Shown here in pieces: positions 52,335 to 64,000 of a stretch of 64,000 bases of DNA. The number at the start of each line of letters is the position of its first letter. Within the stretch, counting starts at the first letter, position 1. The position numbers and the translations under genes are program-made. Origin of the DNA: Octopus sinensis (taxonomy: Eukaryota); NCBI RefSeq assembly GCF_006345805.1, contig NC_043000.1, positions 47,554,001 to 47,618,000 of the forward strand, written 5' to 3'. The notes beneath the pieces were generated by a model. The model did not search any database. It had not been told where the DNA came from and worked only from the letters and a program-made list of their open reading frames with translations.

Positions 52335-53276
52335 AATTTGTTGCTAATTTTTGGGTTCCTCTGATGTAGATCTAAACAAGTATAGACATCCTATCACGCC
52401 TGTCACCTTTGACTCAGTGGAACCTCCAGGATGATGTTGGAAAGAAATACTCCACTACTTTACTGGTATACATTATTGCAGCTGAGTAGGCATAGGTATG
52501 GCTGTGTGGTAAGAAGCTTACTTCCCAACCACATGGTCCTGGGTTCAGTCCCACTGTGCGGCACCTTGAGCAAGTGTCTTCTACTGTAGCTTCAGGCTGA
52601 CCAAACTCCCTTGAGTGGATTTGGTAGATGGAAACTGGAAGAAACCTGTGATATGTAAGTGTGTCTGTGTTTGTTCCCCCACCACCACTCGACAACTGAT
52701 GTTGGTGTGTTTACATCCCCATAACTTAGTGGTTCAGCATAAGTACTGATCAAATAAGTACTAGTAAGTTCTGTGGTTGTTTTCTTCAATTGAAAAACCC
52801 TTTAAGGTGGTGCTCCAGAATGGCCACAGTCAAATAACTGAAACAAGTAAAAGAATAAAATAATAAGGTCATGGGTTCAAGTCCTGGTTGAGGTGACACA
52901 TTCTGTCCATAAGCACTGCTGTTCATTGCACATTGCCCCAGTCTACTCAGCTGTAATAATCCTTTCTATTATAGGCACAAGGCTTGGTACTTAACTTATT
53001 GACCCCAAAAGGATAAAAATTAAAGTCAACCGCGGTGGAATTTGAACTCAGAATGTTTCGCGATGGGCGAAATATCACTAAGCACTTCACCCGACATGCT
53101 AACAATTCTACCAGCACACTGCCTTGCTCAGCTGTAATAATGTATACCAGTAAAGTAGTGGAGCACTTCTTTCCAACATCATCCTGGTGGTTCCATTGAG
53201 TCAAAGGTGACAAGCATGATAGGATATCTATGCTTGTTCGCAGCTACATTAGAGGAAGCAAAAAATTAGCAAAAAC
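52335..53276. repeat. ~155-bp inverted repeats enclosing a SINE cluster (A at 52490-52862 +, C-like head 52865-52955, B at 52965-53122 -)
   Basis: 52335-52490 is the reverse complement of 53122-53276. Confidence 0.88.
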
Positions 53277-53511
53277 ATGGAACGAGTTACCAAGATATAC
53301 TCACTTTAGAGTGATGTCAGCTTTGGTAGAATGTATACATGTGTGTGTGTGAGTATGTGTTGTGTGTGTGTGTGTGCAAGTGTAAATAATACATACACAC
53401 ACGTAAACATATACACAGAGAGGCATGTAATATTTGCGTACACATATGCAAACCTACTTAAATGACATAACAGCATATCGATGCCCATAAATATAAATAT
53501 CTATATATCTA

Positions 53512-53572
<61 letters not shown>

Positions 53573-53614
53573 GTCTGTCTGTCTATCTATAATATATATA
53601 TAAACACACACACA

Positions 53615-53658
<44 letters not shown>

Positions 53659-53880
53659 ATATATATGCATATATATATACACACACACACATATGCATGA
53701 ATATTTTTATTTATGCATATGTACACACATACATGGAGTTGTACAGAAACTAAAACAGCAACAATTGTATTTCTATTATTCTATTCTCACTATAACCAAT
53801 AAATTGCATTTGTAAAAACCTCAAAGGAAATATGAAAAGAAAGGAAAAAGAAAAAAAAAAAAACATTTAAAAATAAAAGA

Positions 53881-53911
<31 letters not shown>

Positions 53912-54124
53912 ACAAATAATACACATGAAACCCAAAACAAATATATATATAAAAAGAAGCATATCCCTGTCTAAACGATGAATAATAAACATAAAAGAGT
54001 CAAAACAGAAACTGGAATTATTAAAGAACAGTAAATAAAGAAATCCAATAATTATGAATAATCATGAAACTCATGAGAAATACTTGTCTGAGTTCTTATT
54101 TTATTTATTGAAGTGGAAATGTTT

Positions 54125-54278
54125 TATATACTGCAACACCGTCGCCGGTGCCGCCATGGCTTCCGCCACCGCCGACGCCACTGCCGTCGCTGCCGCCGCT
54201 GACACTGCCGCAGCGACCTCCACTGCCACCACCATCACCATCACCACCACCACCACCATCATCACCACCATCACCACC

Positions 54279-54309
<31 letters not shown>

Positions 54310-56065
54310 CCACTACTGCTATACCAGTGCTGCTGTCGCCACCACCACCATCATCACCACCACCATCACCACCATCACCACCACCACCACCACCACCACC
54401 ATCACCACCACCACCATCATCATCATCACCACTGCTACTACCAGTGCTGCTGTCGCCACTGCCACCACCACCACCATCACCACTGCCACCACCATCACCA
54501 CCATCATCATCATCATCACCACCATCATCACCACCACCACCATCATCATCATCACCACTGCTGCTACCAGTGCTGCTGTCGCCACTGCCACCACCATCTC
54601 CACCATCACCACCATCATCACCACCACCACCATCATCATCATCACCACTGCTGCTACCAGTGCTGCTGTCGCCACTGCCACCACCATCTCCACCATCACC
54701 ACCATCATCACCACCACCACCATCATCATCATCACCACTGCTGCTACCAGTGCTGCTGTCACCACCATCCCCACCATCATCAACATCACTACCATCATCA
54801 CCACCACCACCATCATCATCATCACCACTGCTGCTACCAGTGCTGCTGTCGCCACTGCCACCACCATCTCCACCATCCCCACCATCATCAACATCACTAC
54901 CATCATCACCACCATCACCACCACCACCATCACCACTGCCACCACCACCACCATCACCACCACCATCATCATCATCACCACTGCTACTACCAGTGCTGCT
55001 GTCACCACCATCACCACCACCACCATCACCACCACCATCATCATCATCACCACTGCTACTACCAGTGCTGCTGTCACCACCATCACCACCACCACCATCA
55101 CCACTGCCACCATCACCACCATCACCACCACCATCATCATCATCACCACTGCTACTACAAGTGCTGCTGTCGCCACTGCCACCACCATCTCCACCATCAC
55201 CACCATCATCACCACCACCACCATCATCATCATCACCACTGCTAGTACCAGTGCTACTGTCACCACCACCACCACCATCACCACCATCACCATCACCACA
55301 ATCACCACCCCACCACCACCATCACCACCACTACTACCAGTGCTGCTGTCACCACCACCACCATCACTACCACCACCACTATCACCATCACTAGTATCAG
55401 TGCTGCTGTCACCACCACTGCCACCATTACCACTACCACCATCATCACCACTACTACCAGTGCTGCTGTTGCCCCTCACCACCTCCACTATCACCATCAC
55501 TAGTATCAGTGCTGCTGTCACCACCACTGTCACCATCACCACCACCATCATCACCATCACCACCACCATTACCACCACTACTACCAGTGCTACTGTCACC
55601 ACCACCACCACCACCACCACCATCATCACCACCACTACCACCATCACAACCACTTTCACCAACACCAGCATAACCACTACCACTAGCACCAGCTTCAGCA
55701 TTATCATCATCACCACTAGCACCGCAGTCACTTCTCCACACCACTACTACCGCCAGCACTGTAATCATGATTGCTTCTATGTGCTTCCCCTTCCCCACCA
55801 CTTCTAGCATCACTACTGCACTAACTACTGCCAATGCCATCATCATCACCATCACCATTACCACTACCGCCAACTTTAGCATCATTGTCATCCTCACCAG
55901 TACCATCAGCACTGCATCTTCTACCCCCATCACCACTACCACAACCACCAGCACTGCAATCACTACTGCCTCTACCCCAGCACCACAGTGACTACAACAG
56001 CTGCTGCCACCACCATTACTGCTGTGGATGCTGCCAACAATAAATGCCATCCCCATCACCATCTT
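54125..56065. repeat. (CAC/CAT)-based minisatellite with a higher-order ~90-bp unit
   Basis: ATCACCACTGCTGCTACCAGTGCTGCTGTC recurs at 54551, 54641, 54731 and 54821. Confidence 0.95.
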
Positions 56066-56379
56066 GTTTCAATGAGACTGTCTTTCTGTGTTTAAATAAC
56101 TCACTAAAATTAGCAATCAAATCTTCTTTCAAAGCAGTCTTCTTTCAAAAGGAAAAACATATCTACTAGACAATGTATGAGGTAAAATAAAACTGACTAA
56201 ACTACCATTATTATAATGCATTTGATGATATCTCTTTCTTCCCTATTAGGAATCACTTGGGACTACAAAGAAAACAGCAACATTGGTCAAGAAGTTGATC
56301 AATGCCAGACATGGGCAATCGTTTTTAAGAACTGGATCACATAAGACATGGCTCTTTAGTAGGTGGGATGCCCAAATAT

Positions 56380-56504
56380 AGGCACGTGGTTCCAGGTTCA
56401 TTCCCACTGCATGGCACTTTAGGCAAGTGTCTTCTACTATAGTTGGGTTGACCAAAGCCTAGTGAGTGGATTTGGTAGATGGAAACTGAAAGAAGCCTGT
56501 CATA

Positions 56505-56583
<79 letters not shown>

Positions 56584-56775
56584 ATATGTTTGCCTGTGTT
56601 TGTCCCCCCAACATTGCTTGACGTACCCGTAACTTAGCAGTTCAGCAAAAGAGACTGATAGAATAAGTACTAGGCTTGCAAAGAATAAGTCCTGGGGTCG
56701 ATTTGATCGACTAAAGGCAGTGCTCCAGCATGGCCGCAGTCAAATGACTGAAACAAGTGAAAGAGAAAAGAGAGA
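56380..56775 (+). mobile_element. SINE family A with expanded internal (TA)n
   Basis: Family head, core and tail. Confidence 0.9.
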
Positions 56776-57274
56776 AATAAAAATTTGAGGTAATTTCATT
56801 CAGCTTGCCATTCAGAATGCCTCACAGGCCAGTTTGCCCATGCCTGATCTATGCAGTCAATGAAATAACTAGAAATAGCAACCAAATCTTCCTCAAACAC
56901 ACCAAGATGGTTATGACGGTAAGGATGTTTTTATGATAGGTTTCCTTGATCAGAGTGACCAGGGGTTAACCAACAACAATCTTTACAAGTTCTACTCATG
57001 TACAATTTCTCCAGTAACATGGAACAATTAATATTTCACTGTTATTCTCTTTTATATTTTTCTTTCCTCCATGATTTATTGTTCTTCTAACTATCTAACA
57101 CAGAAGAGGAGCTCATGCTCGAAACAGCAATGACACGTCCACTTTCCGAATTTCTCATAGAGCACAAACTAATAATTTCACCTTTCTTTCATTTTCTTTT
57201 CCATATTATAATTCTCATCATCACAGTTGAATATACAAACATTTGTATTTGCATGTGTGTGTTAGTGCGCAGTA

Positions 57275-57291
57275 AGTAGTAGTAACAGTAA

Positions 57292-57324
<33 letters not shown>

Positions 57325-57604
57325 CAGCAGCAGCAGCAGCAGCCGTTCAAGAATTTGGACCCGGAGATCACCATTTCCAGCGACTTCGAGGGCCACCTCC
57401 TAGTGGTGTTGGGTGTCAATGAAGAGCCCTTGACTACAAGACGACCAAAGTTTTTTTCCCAAGGTCTGGGATCTCCTGCCCCTAAGCCCTAGACCATCAC
57501 CTAATCACCCTTACCCGTCTTGTTGCTTAACAACAACAGCAGCAGCAGTAGCAGCAGTAGTAGTAGTAGTAGTAGTAGTACTAGTAGTAGTAGTAGTAGT
57601 AGCA

Positions 57605-57652
<48 letters not shown>

Positions 57653-57666
57653 CAGCAGCAGTAGCA

Positions 57667-57717
<51 letters not shown>

Positions 57718-57730
57718 CAGCAGCAGTAGC

Positions 57731-57767
<37 letters not shown>

Positions 57768-57837
57768 ATAGTAGTAGTAGCAACAGCAGAGTAGTAGTAG
57801 TAGTAGATTAGTAGTAGTAGTAGTAGTAGCAACAGCA

Positions 57838-57870
<33 letters not shown>

Positions 57871-57916
57871 CAGCAGCAGCAGAGTAGTAGTAGTAGTAGT
57901 AGTAGTAGCAACAGCA

Positions 57917-57952
<36 letters not shown>

Positions 57953-57960
57953 CAACAGCA

Positions 57961-57993
<33 letters not shown>

Positions 57994-58034
57994 CAACAGC
58001 AGAGTAGTAGTAGTAGTAGTAGTAGCAACAGCAG

Positions 58035-58070
<36 letters not shown>

Positions 58071-58100
58071 TGTAGTGGTAGTAGTAGTTGCTGTTGTTGT
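57275..58100. repeat. (TAG)n/(CAG)n microsatellite with AGCAACAGCAG interruptions
   Basis: Visible simple repeat; a non-repetitive island lies at 57343-57530. Confidence 0.95.
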
Positions 58101-60202
58101 TAGTTCATAAGAACAGTTAGCAACAAACAAATTAAATGATTAAATGGATGATTAGCCGAATTAAAATATTATCTCAGGAAATGCTTACATGTTGTAGCAT
58201 TAGAATAAAGATGAATTTGTGTATGAATAGAAAAGATTGTGGTGGTGGTGGTGGTTGGTGCTGGTGGTGACAGGCAAAAGAAGCAATAATATATAAAGCT
58301 GAAGAATGATAGGAGTAACAAACAAAAAAAAAAAAAAATTAAATAAAAGACAAATGTAGCAGAAGTTGAGAAATTTGGCACTAAATCTTTTTAAATTAAA
58401 ATATTAAGTGATGTTTGACAAGGAACCAAAATGATATAAATATTTAAACAAGTGGTGTGAGAATAAAGATTTTTTTCAAGAACCATTTGCTAACATATCT
58501 AAAGACGTAAAAGTTTTAGGTTTTAGTGTTCGTAGATGAAAACGAGATGAACATTAGTGTGTTTGTATGCATACAAACTAAATGTTGTATATGATATTAC
58601 CAAAATTAAATGTCAGATGAATGAGGAGAGGTAATCGTAAAACTGTTACACATTAAAAACGCCATAACTTGTCCAATTAATAAATGAGAGAAAATAGTAA
58701 GGGAGACAATTACTTAAAATAATGGTTTCTAAGATGAAAGGCAAAGTTAACATTATGGAGATTTGAACCAAATATACAAAGAACCAGGAAAGATACTGCA
58801 AATCATTTTTACTAATGCTGTAACGATCCTGTCAGCTGGCAGCCTTGCAAGTTGTCTGAAATAATACTATGCATAAAATTTCTTCATATATCACGTAAAA
58901 AGATAAAGTATGCAGTTCTAAAATAATTTGAAGTAGAATAAATCAAGGAAGAACAAAAAAAGAAAGACAAGTAATGATTACATTAATTTGTAAAGTATTA
59001 GGAAAATTGATTAGATTAATAAATAAGTGGATGTATAAATATATGAAGAAATAAAACTGAATATATATTAAATATGCAGTAATGTGAAATAAAATAGGAT
59101 TAAGTGATATGTGTTAAACAAAGTAATGTAATTTAATTAACATAAAAGAAACAAAGTCAGATCAACTATACGAAAAAGTGAAATAAAAGAAATTAGCTTA
59201 GGGGTCAAAATAAATTATAAGAAGTGAATGAAGTGCACATAAACTGTCAGAAATTAAGATTTAGATGCCCAAGAAAGGTATGGAGGCGAGTATTGAGATT
59301 GTGAGAAAGGCAAATAGAAGGAAATAAAAATCAAACCTGTAGAGTCAAATAGTTTATTTAGTTAATAGGCCAATATAAATAGATAAGACAGTTAACAAGA
59401 ACAAGATACTATATGGTTATAAAGAATTAGGCATTGATGTAAGTAGTCCAAAGATAAATGTTAAGAAATAAGTTGATAATGTTCACACGGAATTCTACAT
59501 TTTCTTGAAGAAATTCTTCACTGATATTTATTAAATACTGGGTCTTTGGCAATGAATATTTTTATACTTTCAGAGGTGCTAAGGCTGCAATGTGCCCTTG
59601 CCTACAATATAAGAGTCAGCTCTGAAGGAGTTATTTAATTTTAAATGATATTAATTCTAATTTTTACAATCTTTGCACAAGCAAAACAATGGTTTCATTA
59701 CTTCAGTTAGAATTTCTAAATGTATGAGTATGATTAATGATTATTGAAGCTAAATTTAAAAGAATTAGTAGGAAGATCAATGTATACACAAGAGGAATAT
59801 ACTCCAGAGAAATTACTAGTTTGTATAAAGCATTTCTAAACATTAACATAGGCTCCATTGGCTCTACTATTGGAGCCTAAGGGACACATATTGATATTAG
59901 TACATGAACAATTATTATTAGGTTAATTAGTGATATGTTGATACAGCTTTGAATGCTTAGATAAAGCCAGTGGAACAGGATGGTTGGGCAAGATATTTTC
60001 AATTTTGTTTTAATTAAAGATTTTATAACACAAAAGTTATGAGTAGGGTATTTTCCTTGATTAATTATACTATGATTGTTAAAGCTGGGATATAAGAAGG
60101 ATTGTACCAGTTAATATACATTTCCTTATTCTGAATCTCTAGGAGGATGTTGACATATCCATTATAAGAAATTTTTTCATTTAAAATTACACGGTTTATA
60201 GA

Positions 60203-60789
60203 TTTAAAACTACATGGTTTCTGATTATAAATATCTTGGGTCATACATATCATCATCTGGAAAAGACTTTCTAACTAGAAAGGGTATGGCCTGGTCAGCC
60301 TGTAATGACATGCATAAGATCTGGTCATCAAATCTAAGTAGAGACTTCAAACTTGAAATATTCAAAGCCACAGTCGAACCAATTCTACTATATGGCTCAG
60401 AAACCTGGACGTTATCAAAGAAGCTTGAGAGGCAGTTGGATGGAACCTACACTCGCCTCCTTATGAGAGCTCAAAATCTCTCGTGGAAGCGCCATCCAAC
60501 CAAAATGCAAATATATGGGAAACTACCACCTGTGTCATCTCTTGTGAAAGGTAGGAGAGTCCAGTTTGTTGGACATTGTTGTAGAGCTGAAAAAGAAGTA
60601 ATTTCTACTCTTCTCCTCTGGAAGCCATCTACTCGCAATACCAGAGGGTGCACACTCTCCTACCCTGATGTAATCTCCAGGGATACAGGCATCCAGCAAC
60701 AGGACCTCCGTAATGCCATGATTAAGCGTGAAGTCTGGCGTAGCATGGTAAATTCCATTGTCTCGACCACGGTCGAACAATGATGATGA
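60203..60789 (+). mobile_element. 5'-truncated RTE-clade LINE (second family) with open C-terminal frame
   Basis: ORF 60214-60783: YKYLGS, ILLYGSETW, LDGTYTRLL, FVGHC; stop runs directly into (TGA)n; candidate TSD TTATAGA at 60196-60202 and 60790-60796. Confidence 0.9.
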
Positions 60790-61098
60790 TTATAGACAGA
60801 TCTTTATGATATTACTCATATGAATCAATAAAAATTTACTTATTGACAGAAAGGTTACAAATCTATGAAAGATATTTTCATTGTTATTAAAAATATCTCT
60901 AGAGTTGTTAGAATGTTTGTGCATGCGTCTTCATATCCATACATATATACAATGAAACATGTATGTGTATATGAGTATATGTGTACATGTGAGTGCGTGT
61001 GCATGTGTGTGTGCGCTTGCATGTGTGTAAACACATTTAAAAGATATATAAACAAATATAGGTATAATATAAATAAACATATACATATGTGTACACTT

Positions 61099-61139
<41 letters not shown>

Positions 61140-61140
61140 T

Positions 61141-61171
<31 letters not shown>

Positions 61172-61191
61172 GATAGATAGATAGATAGATT

Positions 61192-61241
<50 letters not shown>

Positions 61242-61292
61242 AAGATAGATTGATAGATAGATAGATAGATGGGCAGACAGACAGACAGATAG
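61099..61292. repeat. (GATA)n microsatellite
   Basis: Visible simple repeat. Confidence 0.97.
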
Positions 61293-61669
61293 CCCTATCA
61301 ACTGAAAATTAATTCAACGCAGACAGACAGATAGAGAAAACAAAGGTATCTTAAGTACAGTCTGAAGAAAGATTACAGTATTCTTAAACTAAATATTGTG
61401 ATCTTAAACCAAATGCATTTATTCTTCAGCCCTGCTAAAGTGCAAGTACCAACAGTTATCTATGTCACACGCACACACACACACACGTCTGTATATGTGT
61501 GTGATCGTATATATTTATAAATATATACATACGTGTAGAAGTATATTTGTATTTATATATATGTGTATGTATACATGTATGTGTGTATATATACATATAT
61601 ATATATATATATACATGTATATGTATATACATGCAAGCATGCATGTATGTATGTATGTATGTATGTATG

Positions 61670-61721
<52 letters not shown>

Positions 61722-61724
<3 letters not shown>

Positions 61725-63200
61725 CGGGGTCTGGTTTAGTTCAGACCTCTAAATGGAGAAAAACTGGAGTGGAGCGAGATAACGAGTAGGGTGGTCACTC
61801 TCGCCTGGCAATGGACCGAGAGGAAACTGTCCCTAAAAGGTTGGGCGGAGGTGGTGAACTCGTACATCGCGTCCGTCATCTACTACCGCCTGACCGTCGT
61901 GCCTTGTCCCGACGCTACCATCACCAAACTAGAATGCATTCTCTTTCGCTTCTTCTGGAAAGGATGCGTCCCGATGATCAGGCGATCCATTTGCTGTCAA
62001 CACCCGCTAAAAGGAGGACTGGGCATGGTCGATGATGCGCAGACACGCGCTGAGACTCCGACATCTCAGGCTCTACGTAGACGACGGTGAACAGGTGTGA
62101 TCGCCGTTTGTGAGGCACGCTTTCCCACAACTCGTCTCAATGGCCGAACTGCAGTCGTGGATCAAAAAGAGGCCGAGGAAGGGCGTATGGCACCGCGAGT
62201 GACACATTGCTCTCAAGCAACTATGCCGTCCCGTGACTTCAATACAACCAAAGCATTTTATAGGGGATTAGTGGAGGGGGGTACGACGACGAGCTCGAGG
62301 CGAACCTGGACGTCGACGAGGAATACCTGACCCGCCTGTTCAGGACTACTTTCGGACCAGGGCCCATGGACAACTTCCAGAGATCCCTGGCCTGGCAGTG
62401 CTACCGAGAAGCGCTACCCGTTCGGGATAAGCTCTACAGACACGGCTCGAGAAACACGGGGCCGACCTGCCCGAGATGCGGTCAGAGCGACGAAACCGTT
62501 CTGCACGCACTCGTGCAGTGTCCAACAATTTCCGACCCGTGGGCTTATGTCGACCGACTGCTGTCACGTGTCGGTTTATCAGCCGAGTCTATCGTCAATA
62601 TTGTCACGCCTCCTTCCTTCAAACGGGAAGGAAGAGCTATTTTCATCATCCTTGTGGCTATGGCGAAAGAATGTATATGGTAGACGCGTCTGAAACGATT
62701 GGAGACAAACACTTTCCTCTCTGGTCAATCTCTCATCAACTTTTTCAAGTATCACTTGAAAAAGAAAGTGAGAGTAGAGAGGCAAGTTTTGTCTAGCAAA
62801 TGTTTAAAAAAAAGATGGGTGAATGTAGCAAGGATGACACGTATGAATGACGAAGCCACCTTGAGCATAATCGTATGAACCCGGAAAATTTAAAGAGGGT
62901 TACCTACTTGCAAACAAATGTGGTAACATGTAATATCATTGACCAAGGTTACCGTGGTCCTTTCTGTAGGCTTTTCTTCCCACGGATAAACCGCATCTGC
63001 TTCCCCCTTTACACTTCACACCATGACACTGTGATACATGATCCCTATTGATCCTTTTTCTCCCTTTTTTCCCTTTTTTTCTTCTTTCCCTTTTACGATC
63101 TCTTTTGATCGAAAACCTAACCCACCTTTTTTTTTTCTCTCCACCCAAAATAAAAGCTCTACTTTGTATATGTGCAGCCCTGTGTGGCTAGTAAAGAAAC
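61722..63200 (+). mobile_element. 5'-truncated Tx1/L1-clade LINE related to 14235-17440
   Basis: LGVWF, W..RKLSLKG.AEV, GGLG, CPRCGQSDETVLHALVQC zinc knuckle, pyrimidine-rich 3' UTR. Confidence 0.92.
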
Positions 63201-63629
63201 ATACATCCCATCATCATCATCATCATCATCGTTTAACGTTCGCTTTCCATACTGGCATAGTTTGGACGATTTGACTGAGGACTGGCGAGCCAGAAGGCTG
63301 AACCAGACTCCAATCTTATCTGGCAAGTTTTCTACAACTGGATGCCCTTCCTAGCGCCAACCATTTCGAGAGTATAGTGCATGCTTTTTACGTGCCATCG
63401 ACATGGGAGCCAGTCAGGTGGTACTGGCATCGCCCACGCTCGAATGGTGCTTTTTACGTACCAGCGGAACGGGGGCCAGTTAGGCTGCACTGGCATCGAC
63501 CAAGACAACGATTTCTCTTGACTCAACAAGTCTTCACAAACACAGCATATAGGATTTATGGAGGGTCAAACTAGGGAACAAAAACATGACAGTGGCGACA
63601 TACAAGGAAACCGAACGAAAACAAATATC

Positions 63630-63997
63630 GAGGGTCATTAGATCAGAACGAGAATAAAATAATGAACGCTGGGGGAAATATTTTCTTTGAAAAGAGAAAA
63701 GATAGAAGAGAGATTCCGCCTTCTCTAGTTCCATTTTTCTTCCCTCCCTCTTTCGCCGTTTTCTGTCTGTCCTCTCCCTCTCGCTTTCTCCCTCTTTCTG
63801 CTTTCTCTCTCTCTCTCTCTCGTTGCTCGCACGTGACCATCGTTCATCGTTTTTTCCTCACGTGACCATCTTTCTCTTCCTGCACCGACGTTCAAAAGAC
63901 TGGATGTTTTTTCTCTCTCTTTTATCTTGTATCTTTTCAAAGAAAATATTTCTCCCAGCGTTCACCATTTACCTCTCGTTCTGGTTTAACGACCCTC
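63630..63997. repeat. Inverted repeat with ~83-bp arms, may extend past the window end
   Basis: GAGGGTCATTAGATCAGAACGAG...TTTGAAAAGA versus TCTTTTCAAAG...CTCGTTCTGGTTTAACGACCCTC. Confidence 0.85.
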
Positions 63998-64000
63998 CGT

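Noticed and set aside
54300-55500. Regularly spaced conserved motif resembling a CRISPR array
   Set aside because: Spacers are CAC/CAT low-complexity repeats, the context is eukaryotic and no cas genes are present
57343-57440. HDV-like ribozyme candidate (ACC-TCCTAGT-GGT loop; GAGGGC/GCCCTT)
   Set aside because: P1, P1.1 spacing and the catalytic C in J4/2 do not fit

Overview
AT-rich, repeat-saturated eukaryotic non-coding DNA. The SINE/LINE repertoire and microsatellite load point to a coleoid cephalopod, most likely Octopus (recognised from memory, not searched). No host-gene exon could be supported; almost all ORFs in the track are microsatellite artefacts or transposon remnants. Recognisable elements are RTE, Tx1/L1, CR1-like and HERO-like LINE fragments, two Penelope-like element (PLE) remnants, two Helitrons with CTAG ends, mariner and Tigger relics, three tRNA-derived SINE families and many inverted repeats. 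The most notable feature is a ~490-bp tandem unit (36249-37523; two direct copies plus an inverted partial copy). Each direct copy carries an intact type I hammerhead ribozyme core with a very long stem II, preceded by a predicted H-type pseudoknot, i.e. a retrozyme/PLE-terminal-repeat-like locus. A second, unrelated hammerhead lies at 35822-35880, and about eight decayed hammerhead relics are scattered through the window. Coordinates were counted by eye and element ends are approximate unless termini are quoted.
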